Of a stretch of DNA of 43,538 nucleotides, positions 36,501 through 43,538 are shown piece by piece. Origin of the DNA: a virus (Duplodnaviria; Caudoviricetes); IMG/VR virus record IMGVR_UViG_3300030450_003104, positions 1 to 43,538 of that record; one strand, given 5' to 3'. Position 1 is the stretch's first letter; every line of letters begins with the position of its first letter. The notes beneath the pieces were generated by a model. It was not told the origin of the DNA and ran no database searches. It saw only the letters and a program-made list of their open reading frames with translations. A program made the translations under genes and the position numbers.

Positions 36501-39500
36501 ATACCGCTCCGAAGACACCTCTTCTTGGAGCTACGCTGTTCAGCATTCCACCCAGATCAAGCCCGCCCTCGATCCTGATCAGGTAGAGCCATCTGTTACC
36601 GAGGCTTCCTTGCCTGAGCAGGCGACTCAGACAGACACGCCCGAGTTCACTGAATGGTTCGGGGACAGCAAGGTCGTTGACGAAAGCGGCAAACCCATTC
36701 TCGTCCATCACGACGGCCCCGCGAAGATAGAAAGGTTTGACGAGGCCGCAGCAGATGAAGCGTCAAGGGGAACAGAATGGACTAGGATCGGGTTCCACTT
36801 CGGGTCAGAAGCGCAGGCCGCTTCTCGTGTTGAAGCAACTGGGCAAGAGTCGCCCCAACGCACCTCCGCTTATATTCGGATGGTAAACCCCCTGCGGTTA
36901 CCAGAAAACAGGCTAGGGCGATGGGGGCCTTTCGACATCTTCCAAGCTCTGATGGAAGCAGCGGTAAATAACGAAATCGACACCGTCCCCGAAGCCGATA
37001 TTGATGCCTACCTCAAAGGTGAGTTTCAGTTTCAGACTGAAGAAACGTTCCTGAATCTGTCCTACGAACCAAATGGTGTCTTGGACCAGAGAGAGAGCAT
37101 CCGCGCCTACCTCAAGAGCTTGGGGTATGACGGAATCGTATACGCGAACGAGTTCGAGGGAGAAGGAGACAGCTACATTGTACTAGACTCTGACCAGATC
37201 AAGCCCGCCGTTGACTCTGGTTTACCAAGAATGGTTCGCCCGAGCGACCCTGATACTGAGTCTGTTGATGAAAGTTTCCGAGCCTCTATTGCCGAGGACG
37301 CCTCAGAAGACGCCTCAGAAAACGCCCCAGAAGACGAAAACTCTTCAAGCCGTGTGACGCCGCACCCAGATCCAGACGTCGAACTGCCAATTGCATTGGC
37401 TGAGTTTGAAATGGGTCTAAACGGATTCTTTGAAAACGCCAAAGAAGCTGGCATGACGCCAAAAGAGTACGAAGCGCACCTTGCAAAAGTCGCATCAAAC
37501 GCTGAGGCCACAAGAAAACGCAGGGAAATTAACGTCCTCAAGCAGGAAAAGCGTGAGTCAACCAAGTGGTGGAAAACGGAGCTGCAGCGCATCATTAGTG
37601 AGCTTGAAAATACTTACAAACAGGAGCACCCCGTCTACGCCACGATCCACGCCATTGAGGGCGGTGACGCCCGCATGGATCGGGACAAGGTCCTAGACCA
37701 TATGGGTAGCCCTGAGCTCATGCGTTTAGACCTGCCCCGTCTGTCTAACAACCGCACAATATACACTGGCCGCGACACAGAAGAAAAAGGCATAGACCCG
37801 CAGGTTTACGCAGAACGCTTTAATATGACCACTGGTGAGCTTTTGGGTGTGATGGAGGATGCCGTGCCCCTGAAGGATCAGGCGGCTATTGATGCCAACC
37901 GCATTATGCGTGAAAAGCACGGTGACATTCTTGAGCGCAATCAGGCCATCGATGACGCCCTTGAAGTCCTCGCTCAAGACGGAACAGCGGAAATCCTTGC
38001 TGACGAACTTAACGCGCTGCGCGACGCCAAGAAGCAGAAAAAAGTGTCGGCCAAGGTGATGAAAGAGGTCGCTCGCCAGAGGCTTCAGGAATACAACGTC
38101 GGAAACCTTAACCCTAACCGCTTCCTGATGACGGCCAAAAAGCAAGGGCAACTGGCTCGCAAGCTGCTGCGCAAAGGCGACCGGCAGGGCGCTGCAAAAG
38201 CCAAATTCCGTCAACTTCTTAATTTCCAAATGGCCAACTTGGCGCACAAGGCTCAGACCGACGCCAACAGTTGGGCCAAATACATGAGCAAGTTTCAAAA
38301 GCGAAAAGGCAGGTTCAAGAATTTAGAAGCTGGCACTGTCACGCTAATCAGAGATCGCTTAAAGGCCTTCTCAATGGGCGACAGAATGTCCGAAAAGTCC
38401 CGCAAGCAGATCGAAAACCGTCGTGTGCTGGCCCGTGCTCAGGGGCAGGATCTGCCAGAGGGTGTGCTTCGTAAGTATCAAGCCACAAACTTCCGCGACT
38501 TGCCGCTGGGTGAGCTCCACGTTTTGTACAACGAAATTAAAAACATTGAAGCTACAGGCCGCGGCCTCAAGAAAATTCGTCTGCAAGGCAAAGATGAAGA
38601 GATCAATGCCATCATTGATCAGCTTATCGATACCGTACAGGGCAATGTGCCAGAAAGTAAAAGATCTGTAGCACTCAAAGATCAGCAGTCGGCGACACAA
38701 GGCGCTGATTATACTTTGATGCAGCTCGACGCTTCGATACGAAAAGTTGAGTTCCTTCTTCAGCGTCTGGATGGAGGGGCTATGACAGGCCCGTTCCACC
38801 GTGTTCTGTTTCAGCCTGTAGCCGATTCTCAAGCAAAAGAAGGCGACCTGTCTGTAAAGTACATCAACACTGTGATGGAAGCCTTCAAGAATCTGCCTCC
38901 CGAAATCATGTCTCGTATGGGTGAGCGAATTAATGTTCCGTCGCTGCACCGCAGCATGACTCGTGGCGAAATCCTGATGCTGGCCCTCAACGCTGGTAAC
39001 ACCAGCAACCTCGACAAGGTCGTGCGAGGGAACAAGCGCGATATCTACCACAAAGGCAAGCCTGACTGGACCGAAGCTGGAGTGCGTAATGCTCTTAATA
39101 TTCTGAGCAAAGAAGAAGGCGACTGGGTGCAGATGGTGTGGGACACCCTAGCTAATGTCTACCCTGAAGTAGAACGCATTTTTGAAGCAGAAATGGGCGT
39201 AGTTCCTGAAACAATTGAGCCGTCCAACGTCGAGATTGGAGGTATAGTCCGAAAGGGCGGGTACTTCCCTATGATGTACAACCCGGATCGTATGGTCTTG
39301 GACGGCAAAACCACCGCCGAATCGCTTGACGATACTTTCAGCAGTGACATGCGAAAGTCCTCCATCTACTCCGGCATGACGCTTGAGCGTTCTGATAACT
39401 ACTCGGCTCCGCCGCTCCTGTCCCTGTCTTCTCTTCCGCGAGCACTGCACCAAAGCATCCATTACGTGACTCACTTCGAAACCGTGCAGGACGTGAAGAA

Positions 39501-40713
39501 AATACTTCACGACGAAAGGCTGGCTGAAGAGTTAATCACGCGTATGGGCCGTCCGTATTACGAGGAACTAACTAAATGGATTGAAGCGGTAGCTACTTCT
39601 GCATCTGAGCCTGTCCACGTTCAAGGTCTCGACCAAACCATGGAGTTCTTTAGGTCAAACATGGTGGCCGGTATCATGGGCGCGTCACTTACCACGGGCG
39701 CATCGCAAGCCTTCGGCACCTTTACCAGCGTTGCAGTTCTCGGTCGCAATCAAGACGGAACTTTTAGTAACTTCGAGGGCCAGAAGTGGATGTATGCGGG
39801 CTGGAAGGCCACATTGAAAAACCCCGCCGAAGCCCATAAGTTCGCAATAACCCACTCTGGTGAGATGCGTCACCGCATAAGTAATCTTGACCGCGATATG
39901 AGCGACACGCTCAAGTATGCTGGCGGTGAGACATCCAAGTTTATGAGGTGGAGAAGTGCATGGCAGCGGCATTCACTATCTGTTATCGGCTACGCTCAGT
40001 TATGGTCTGTCGATGTGGCTACATGGCATGGAGCTTATCAGAAAAAGTTCTCTGAAAAGGACGCAAGCCACCTCGAAGCCGTGCGCTATGCAGACAGCGT
40101 AGTCCGTACATCTCAGGGGTCAGGCGCGGTAAAGGATCTTGCCGGGTTTGCGCGAAGCAGGCATCCTATGATGCGCACTGCTACCATGTTCACGACATAC
40201 ACAACTGTGCTCTATAACATTCAGGCTCAGATTGCCGGGGACACAATTAAAAACCCCAAAAAGTTCTACCAGCAAGTGTTCCGCATGGCTTGGCTTACGG
40301 TCCTACCTGCCATGGCCGACGCATTTCTCCGTGGGGAAGGGCCAGATGACGAAGATGAGTGGGCGGAGTGGTTCCTTTGGAAACTGGGTGCTTACTCAGT
40401 CAACTCTATTCCAATCGGCGGTCCGATGATTAGCTCTGTCATCGAAGGTTTCAACCCGTCGATGTCCCCCGTCACACAGATCCCGACCAGCATAGCTAAA
40501 TCCCTTCAGCATTTCTCTGACCTAATGAGCGGAGAGGATGAAGTTAGCTGGAAAACAGCACAAGCAGCCATGAATGCTGTCGGTTACTCACTTGGTATCG
40601 GCGGTACGGCTCAGGCAGCACGGTTCTTTGATGCACTGGATGCGCTGGAACAGGGTGATAACCGAGATCCTCTGTACGTCCGTGAGTTCATTGCAGGACA
40701 CCACGATAGATAG
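30517..40713 (+). CDS. Giant polyvalent ejection protein with 3 ART-like domains and a HExxH metallopeptidase
   Basis: 3398 aa; three repeats of H..F.F..AY(L/I)...P..G(F/Y)D...Y.V....QI; HEAIH..EEAVAE; C-terminal GGYFP.MY, AVRYAD..VR.SQG, F.TY. Confidence 0.85.
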   Translation: MATVPKSSTLDIDGLSRASGLVAPLAKDNEDVVYSDRYIERQRQEDLERNNFVDLELTDSQRRQLFLNMPDRDPALQARFLEIEKLTGMSPPFLDRHRNIVDSIESDKEWFLRENLLNDTPFVRQWLNNPENAVVARDDVEALANAEKAWNITSSYPQTPQSDARSETDLERLQRETLENALSHNIIPAEDREPNRVRGAIEDFGTEFEELAEETVEDFYYSVAQSAGFGLTALGESFELEGGSNLSKGFFILEGMSRALAGLDSEEIREDAEQFRESLDQLTEEGRNIALSAYMDMNANDPSDGNRGFIGGIAHDVGVALGELAIPAALTIVTRQPGLGAASFGLYSFGHRYGESRMMGRTPEQARMDGAAYAIIEVISERTPLKFLIQPNKKFLERTLGMMGLEGAQEVITEWFQMGYDLGVLNEEMTFGQAVNRLGHAGLIGSLAGGSVATLTHPIVSSMHDRQANTAVDQRAALDSFKEALEASNLSQISPNIAANVGAGIMGNQTVYLDHDAIEAAFTGQDGTLDRKRYIEFLQAIGVPLDKAIEASFNGVPLEISAEAFNRSVTLGEPGIYEALADHIRIGEASPMTPAEAKEYLGLSEEAEAIEGTAQEAEAAQEAEAAQEAEALEGTAQEAETAQEAQVLSEDTDSGVTSPPVPEGAKESIRTDTPEFAERFGASEITEPYTGAPLRVYHGTSSSIEGDFTHDQHATKGGAAMVKLNQVPAFYFSSSPKVASSFAGPTGGNVVPAYLRMENPADIETNGGYWNEYQGDIEQAYEDGFDGVILRDVRDGGGISVDDIGPDGMGESVDEIGPDGMGESDVYIVFSADQIIPEISDSDRVIDPEASSAEDDGFRASIFDFLKQRDSQDVPPPLWFSSLTRAFEQLAGTQNARPEQWANIINGLHGVKKEEIETSQVLDFLEWHDPKAQITHKEILDYLSENEVVIKEVLLTDPGPQESERVLDGQQGRVRYPYLSFEPNTRLDDTQVPRRLVMPGEVAKTNFELLIATPYALTSKSGVRFSDPHWPVNNLTFEQQDDILLPEVRRTFVGEAESDYRQLLAASPLGSIVAHVRGNEHTSPDGVRTLVIEELQSDIHQQARDRHFRMDEPSFRFPKRSDFIIELAADQDQEQEGFRRMPLWNIKLVPESTPTGDAIRRDIDPNWQRQIHGRSEEEVWSLVTEFLQERFKHGTPRKVIADGLLPDAPFKNNGWVNVLLRRMLRKAADEGFDRVAWTPARVQAERYGELYREVASVNVTVDDKFVFAQSYGRSEADLFGVRASALLEDTDDLDALDEDRLKALQDLAASQETEGNYVAEIKIEVVNTSGYVVLTHFMESEPLPAGSIDEDLNIDSLTGSLRGVGLPKQLAKDIARLHKENTGPQSFQLLYTGFSQLASDSKDTVFGFEQVRKGTVTTLPAEEGAMLGQEGYQAFYDSIVVSAMNKLVKRFGAKVEMTEVDSTLPSGSVPGIPDVPMDEIYQYYGISLQQRELLNLGLSESRAREILQEDYGVFDFYETPAADRLPFEVEEKRFDDGNIEEDFVSRSALRRAYARDRATERVWSVDLTDEMKEAFKSSQPMFSIRGMPTVEYVNNAEIVIPALRKRLDSMGLEGVALKVEDAIKRDIDGSTVDLEGYYWQGLVAMSLRQDRDIMEVLNHEAIHALKAMEVFKQGEWDMLVSAANADDVIMSRIRRNYGNRSEDVQNEEAVAELFAKMASEQQQSEGFFADMLNRIRRFFLSIRDAFLESGFTNMKDLYQAVDLGVVGRRDMQEQEQKALSAAIRRFGSSINRLAPDSAQFNRWFKNSDAVNNDGSPKVMYHAAKKDFTAFKPAYAELGHHFETLPVAQTPGASANTIPAYLSAQEPLITPDINLWMSPTEWRKRLPQAMPNANVTIRESKYAAREMWPAPDILMDIDSGPQNPVPMAQDEYEVWVDIIDYLTNSNITDRELEAAEPGSTMRTESYEDNLKLSGVRQEFERAMWGILSSHGFDSLKYRSEDTSSWSYAVQHSTQIKPALDPDQVEPSVTEASLPEQATQTDTPEFTEWFGDSKVVDESGKPILVHHDGPAKIERFDEAAADEASRGTEWTRIGFHFGSEAQAASRVEATGQESPQRTSAYIRMVNPLRLPENRLGRWGPFDIFQALMEAAVNNEIDTVPEADIDAYLKGEFQFQTEETFLNLSYEPNGVLDQRESIRAYLKSLGYDGIVYANEFEGEGDSYIVLDSDQIKPAVDSGLPRMVRPSDPDTESVDESFRASIAEDASEDASENAPEDENSSSRVTPHPDPDVELPIALAEFEMGLNGFFENAKEAGMTPKEYEAHLAKVASNAEATRKRREINVLKQEKRESTKWWKTELQRIISELENTYKQEHPVYATIHAIEGGDARMDRDKVLDHMGSPELMRLDLPRLSNNRTIYTGRDTEEKGIDPQVYAERFNMTTGELLGVMEDAVPLKDQAAIDANRIMREKHGDILERNQAIDDALEVLAQDGTAEILADELNALRDAKKQKKVSAKVMKEVARQRLQEYNVGNLNPNRFLMTAKKQGQLARKLLRKGDRQGAAKAKFRQLLNFQMANLAHKAQTDANSWAKYMSKFQKRKGRFKNLEAGTVTLIRDRLKAFSMGDRMSEKSRKQIENRRVLARAQGQDLPEGVLRKYQATNFRDLPLGELHVLYNEIKNIEATGRGLKKIRLQGKDEEINAIIDQLIDTVQGNVPESKRSVALKDQQSATQGADYTLMQLDASIRKVEFLLQRLDGGAMTGPFHRVLFQPVADSQAKEGDLSVKYINTVMEAFKNLPPEIMSRMGERINVPSLHRSMTRGEILMLALNAGNTSNLDKVVRGNKRDIYHKGKPDWTEAGVRNALNILSKEEGDWVQMVWDTLANVYPEVERIFEAEMGVVPETIEPSNVEIGGIVRKGGYFPMMYNPDRMVLDGKTTAESLDDTFSSDMRKSSIYSGMTLERSDNYSAPPLLSLSSLPRALHQSIHYVTHFETVQDVKKILHDERLAEELITRMGRPYYEELTKWIEAVATSASEPVHVQGLDQTMEFFRSNMVAGIMGASLTTGASQAFGTFTSVAVLGRNQDGTFSNFEGQKWMYAGWKATLKNPAEAHKFAITHSGEMRHRISNLDRDMSDTLKYAGGETSKFMRWRSAWQRHSLSVIGYAQLWSVDVATWHGAYQKKFSEKDASHLEAVRYADSVVRTSQGSGAVKDLAGFARSRHPMMRTATMFTTYTTVLYNIQAQIAGDTIKNPKKFYQQVFRMAWLTVLPAMADAFLRGEGPDDEDEWAEWFLWKLGAYSVNSIPIGGPMISSVIEGFNPSMSPVTQIPTSIAKSLQHFSDLMSGEDEVSWKTAQAAMNAVGYSLGIGGTAQAARFFDALDALEQGDNRDPLYVREFIAGHHDR
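32479..32494. repeat. 16-bp palindrome, one mismatch, in-gene
   Basis: GGTGTGACGTCACCCC just before first ART-like domain. Confidence 0.88.
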
Positions 40714-40725
40714 TACTATCCCCCC

Positions 40726-40741
40726 GGTGTGACGTCACACC
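40726..40741. repeat. 16-bp palindrome, perfect copy (extends to 18 bp)
   Basis: CGGTGTGACGTCACACCG immediately upstream of the tail fibre RBS. Confidence 0.97.
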
Positions 40742-40756
40742 GAAATAGGAGAGAAA

Positions 40757-42133
40757 ATGACTATTCAAGATGCCACCGCCAAAGTCACACGAACAGGCAA
40801 CGGATCGGCCACTTCGTTCTCCTTTGCGCCAATCGTGATGCAGAAAGCTGCTGACATTCTTGTCGTCAAGACAAACACGTCTACGAATGTTGAGACCACG
40901 CTTACAGAAGGAACTGGCGCTTCTAACTATTCGGTAACGCTTACTTCGTCCGACTACCCAAGCACAGGCAGTATCGTATACCCGGCTAGTGGTGCTGACC
41001 GCTTGTCTAGTTCGGAGACTGTCACGATCAAGCGCAATCCTGACATAACTCAGGACGCTGATCTAGAGAACCAAGGCGGTTACTACCCTGACACCGTCGA
41101 GACTGCTCTAGATAGAGGCGTCATGATCTCCATGTCGCAGCAAGAAGACATCGACCGCAGCCTTAAAGGCCCCATCACCGACACCGTCAGTGTCGAGATG
41201 CCTAGTCAGTCCGAACGAGCAAGTAAGTTCTTAACTTTCGACTCGTCAGGCGTTCCTACAGCGTCAGCAGGAAGTGCCGATGGTATCTCTGTTTCCCCAT
41301 TTATGGCCACGGTGCTGGACGACACGTCTGGGGCGGCTGCTCTGGCAACTATGGGGATGACCAGTTACGGTATTTCGGTTGCGACGGCGGCTAATGCTGC
41401 GGCAAACTTGACGTTGCTTGGCATAGGGTCGGCTTCTGCTAGTGCAGCGGGCCTTGTTGAACTCGCGACCACCGCCGAGACGACCACTGGCACCGACGCC
41501 ACTCGCGCTGTAACGCCTGATGGCCTGCATGACATGACGTCTTTGGCTGGGGCTGCGTGGTTCCTTGACGAAGACGCCATGGGTAGCAACAGCGCAACTC
41601 AGGTAGCCAGTCAGCAGAGCATCAAGGCATATGTCACTGCGTCTATCGCGGCCATTAGCACGTCAGCATTCACATTGGCGTCCCCGCAGGCCACCACATC
41701 CGGCACGTCCATTGATTTTACTTCGATTCCATCGGGGACCAAGGTCATTACGATCAATTTCAGCGGAGTGTCTACCAATGGGTCCAGCGATGCCATCATT
41801 CAGATTGGCGACTCAGGTGGCGTAGAGACATCTGGTTACACCGGATGCAATGTCGATTCCAGTCAGTCCGCTGGCGTGGACTTTTCTGCCGGGTTCATCC
41901 TCGACAACCTGCAAGCGGCTGGCAACGCTTACAATGGCTCTGTCACCCTGACCCTTTTGAATTCTTCGTCAAACATCTGGGCCATGACCGGTGTTCTCGC
42001 AAAGACTTCGTATGTCACGCTTAGTGCTGGGGTCAAGACGCTATCTGCTGAATTGGACAGGGTCAGGCTTACCACAACGAACGGCAGCGACACGTTTGAC
42101 GCCGGTTCAGTCAACATCTTGTACGGGAGCTAG
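40757..42133 (+). CDS. Tail fibre protein
   Basis: GNGSATSFSF..., TI.R...TQ..DL.N N-terminal adaptor (T7 gp17-like); GLVELAT.AE..TGTD.TRAVTP; Ser/Thr-rich C-terminal domain. Confidence 0.88.
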   Translation: MTIQDATAKVTRTGNGSATSFSFAPIVMQKAADILVVKTNTSTNVETTLTEGTGASNYSVTLTSSDYPSTGSIVYPASGADRLSSSETVTIKRNPDITQDADLENQGGYYPDTVETALDRGVMISMSQQEDIDRSLKGPITDTVSVEMPSQSERASKFLTFDSSGVPTASAGSADGISVSPFMATVLDDTSGAAALATMGMTSYGISVATAANAAANLTLLGIGSASASAAGLVELATTAETTTGTDATRAVTPDGLHDMTSLAGAAWFLDEDAMGSNSATQVASQQSIKAYVTASIAAISTSAFTLASPQATTSGTSIDFTSIPSGTKVITINFSGVSTNGSSDAIIQIGDSGGVETSGYTGCNVDSSQSAGVDFSAGFILDNLQAAGNAYNGSVTLTLLNSSSNIWAMTGVLAKTSYVTLSAGVKTLSAELDRVRLTTTNGSDTFDAGSVNILYGS

Positions 42134-42135
42134 GC

Positions 42136-42513
42136 ATGACTTGGATTGCAGTAGTTAAACAGGACGACGAAGGCAGAATTACCAAGTTCCTTGACTTCGC
42201 GACGGAAGCGGAAGCGGTGGCACATGTTGCAAAGGTCGCTGATACCTTCCCTGACGCCTTTGCTTCTGAAGCACCTGAGGGCGGCATACGGGATTTCAAG
42301 GCAGATCGAGGCAACCTGATTAGTGATCCGGTTGTCGATGTCCCGCCGACTCCCCACGAGAATCGGGTGGAGGCTTACAAGGATGAGCTAGGGCAAGACG
42401 CGCTTGTCAATGTCATCCGTGAAGTCGAAGCGATTGTTGGCACACCGAAGACCGAAAAGTTCCAGTCTTTGGTGGCCAAGATCGACGCCATCGACAAGAA
42501 GTTTCCTTTGTAA
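42136..42513 (+). CDS. Hypothetical protein, possible tail fibre chaperone
   Basis: Follows fibre; ends I.AIDKKFP. Confidence 0.6.
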   Translation: MTWIAVVKQDDEGRITKFLDFATEAEAVAHVAKVADTFPDAFASEAPEGGIRDFKADRGNLISDPVVDVPPTPHENRVEAYKDELGQDALVNVIREVEAIVGTPKTEKFQSLVAKIDAIDKKFPL

Positions 42514-42779
42514 TGGACCCGCTCGGCCTTGCACTGGCAGCAGCGATAACTGTCAATCTGCCCGGATTGTCGTGCCGCACCAGCGTTGAAGAATGGGACG
42601 AATTTCTTACTGAGTTTGAAGAGACAAGGCATGAGCAGGGCCTGAGCGCCGCCGGGCAGCGCTACTGGTTCTATTTCGGTGAGAAAACGTGGACTGTCGT
42701 TGTTGAAATCGCCCCCGGCAACGTATGCACTAGCCCAAACATGCTCGGAACTATCGAATCTGAGGGTTCACCGGCATGA
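42513..42779 (+). CDS. Small putative exported protein with two Cys
   Basis: Hydrophobic N-terminus; C...TWTVV......C; coupled overlaps. Confidence 0.65.
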   Translation: MDPLGLALAAAITVNLPGLSCRTSVEEWDEFLTEFEETRHEQGLSAAGQRYWFYFGEKTWTVVVEIAPGNVCTSPNMLGTIESEGSPA

Positions 42780-43006
42780 CTGAAAATGGAAAAAAATCAG
42801 CCAGCGCCATGGCTCTTGATGCGCTTGACCGGATTGCCCACCACGAAGCGGAGTGCGGCAAGCGTTGGGCCGAAGCAACGTCTGAGCTAAAGCATTTGAG
42901 TGAGCAAGTAGCGGCGCACGGCAAGAGGTGGGAGCGACTGGCTTGGTTGCTGGTCGCGTCGTTGGTCGCTGTAGCGACAGCGATATTTTCCAGAACGCTA
43001 TCGTGA
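42776..43006 (+). CDS. Coiled-coil protein with C-terminal TM (lysis region)
   Basis: HEAEC..RW motif, terminal hydrophobic helix. Confidence 0.7.
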   Translation: MTENGKKSASAMALDALDRIAHHEAECGKRWAEATSELKHLSEQVAAHGKRWERLAWLLVASLVAVATAIFSRTLS

Positions 43007-43009
43007 TTC

Positions 43010-43312
43010 GTGGAACTACCCCTTGAGATTCTCATTGCTTTAGGCGGTGGAGGTGCGTCAGTCATTGTCGCGTGGGGTATCGCCCAGCAGAAACTTACGT
43101 CAATTTCCAGTGCATTGCTTGACATTGAAAAAAGGCTGAGGGCGCTGGATAATAGGGTGGACAAGACGGAAGGGGCGACAGAATTGCTTCAAAATAAACT
43201 GACCGTACTTGCATCAATGAGCAGCCCTGAAAGCCTTGAGCGAAAAAACCGGGAAATTGCCTCAATTCTGAAAGACATCGAATTCCTCCGCAAACAATGG
43301 GGTGCGAAATGA
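43010..43312 (+). CDS. N-terminal TM plus coiled-coil protein (lysis region)
   Basis: Hydrophobic first 25 aa, heptad-like remainder. Confidence 0.65.
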   Translation: MELPLEILIALGGGGASVIVAWGIAQQKLTSISSALLDIEKRLRALDNRVDKTEGATELLQNKLTVLASMSSPESLERKNREIASILKDIEFLRKQWGAK

Positions 43313-43538
43313 AGTGGCAAGAAATTATATCGGCTGTAGCGCCTGTACTGGGAACCGCAGTTGGCGGTCCTGTGGGCGGCATAGCCGTCAAAGCGATTAC
43401 AGCCGCGCTTGGCTTGCCGTCAAACGCCAGTGACAAAGAGCTGGATCGCGCATTAAACGATGCCACACCGGATCAACTAGCTGAACTAAAGCGCGTCGAA
43501 GCTGAGTTTGATGTCCAGATGAAAGAGCTGGACGTAGA
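43309..43538 (+). CDS. Putative holin (3TM/GTA-holin-like N-terminus), truncated at window end
   Basis: MKWQEIISAVAPVLGTAVGGPVGG.AV..I..ALG...ATPDQLAELK..E..F. Confidence 0.7.
   Translation, partial: MKWQEIISAVAPVLGTAVGGPVGGIAVKAITAALGLPSNASDKELDRALNDATPDQLAELKRVEAEFDVQMKELDV

Noticed and set aside
16440-42133. TAG stop-codon recoding
   Set aside because: Genes are full length under the standard code and TAG ends several at expected positions
40757-42133. BPP-1-style diversity-generating retroelement
   Set aside because: No reverse transcriptase and no template/variable repeat pair seen despite the BPP-1-like head genes

Overview
Near-complete, circularly permuted genome of a podovirus-type dsDNA phage; both window ends cut through the lysis region. 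The left arm (mostly - strand) holds early genes and an APSE/SPO2-like replication module: PolA with Leu at the 762-equivalent position, SSB, DUF2800 nuclease, SNF2 helicase, RuvC-like nuclease and a DUF5664 dNTP hydrolase. A divergent primase-polymerase/AAA gene is followed by an iteron-type origin. The right arm (+ strand) holds a BPP-1/epsilon15-like structural module, including a 3398-aa polyvalent ejection protein with three ADP-ribosyltransferase-like domains and a HExxH peptidase. The most striking unexplained signal is the 16-bp palindrome GGTGTGACGTCACACC, seen in 7 perfect and several near-perfect copies. It occurs next to promoters, at gene junctions, inside genes, in the centre of a phased 10-bp repeat array upstream of terS, and bracketing the effector block of the giant protein. 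No integrase or classical repressor is visible. Two paralogous basic DUF3102-like proteins next to motif copies are candidate binders. All family calls come from motif recognition by eye, not database searches.
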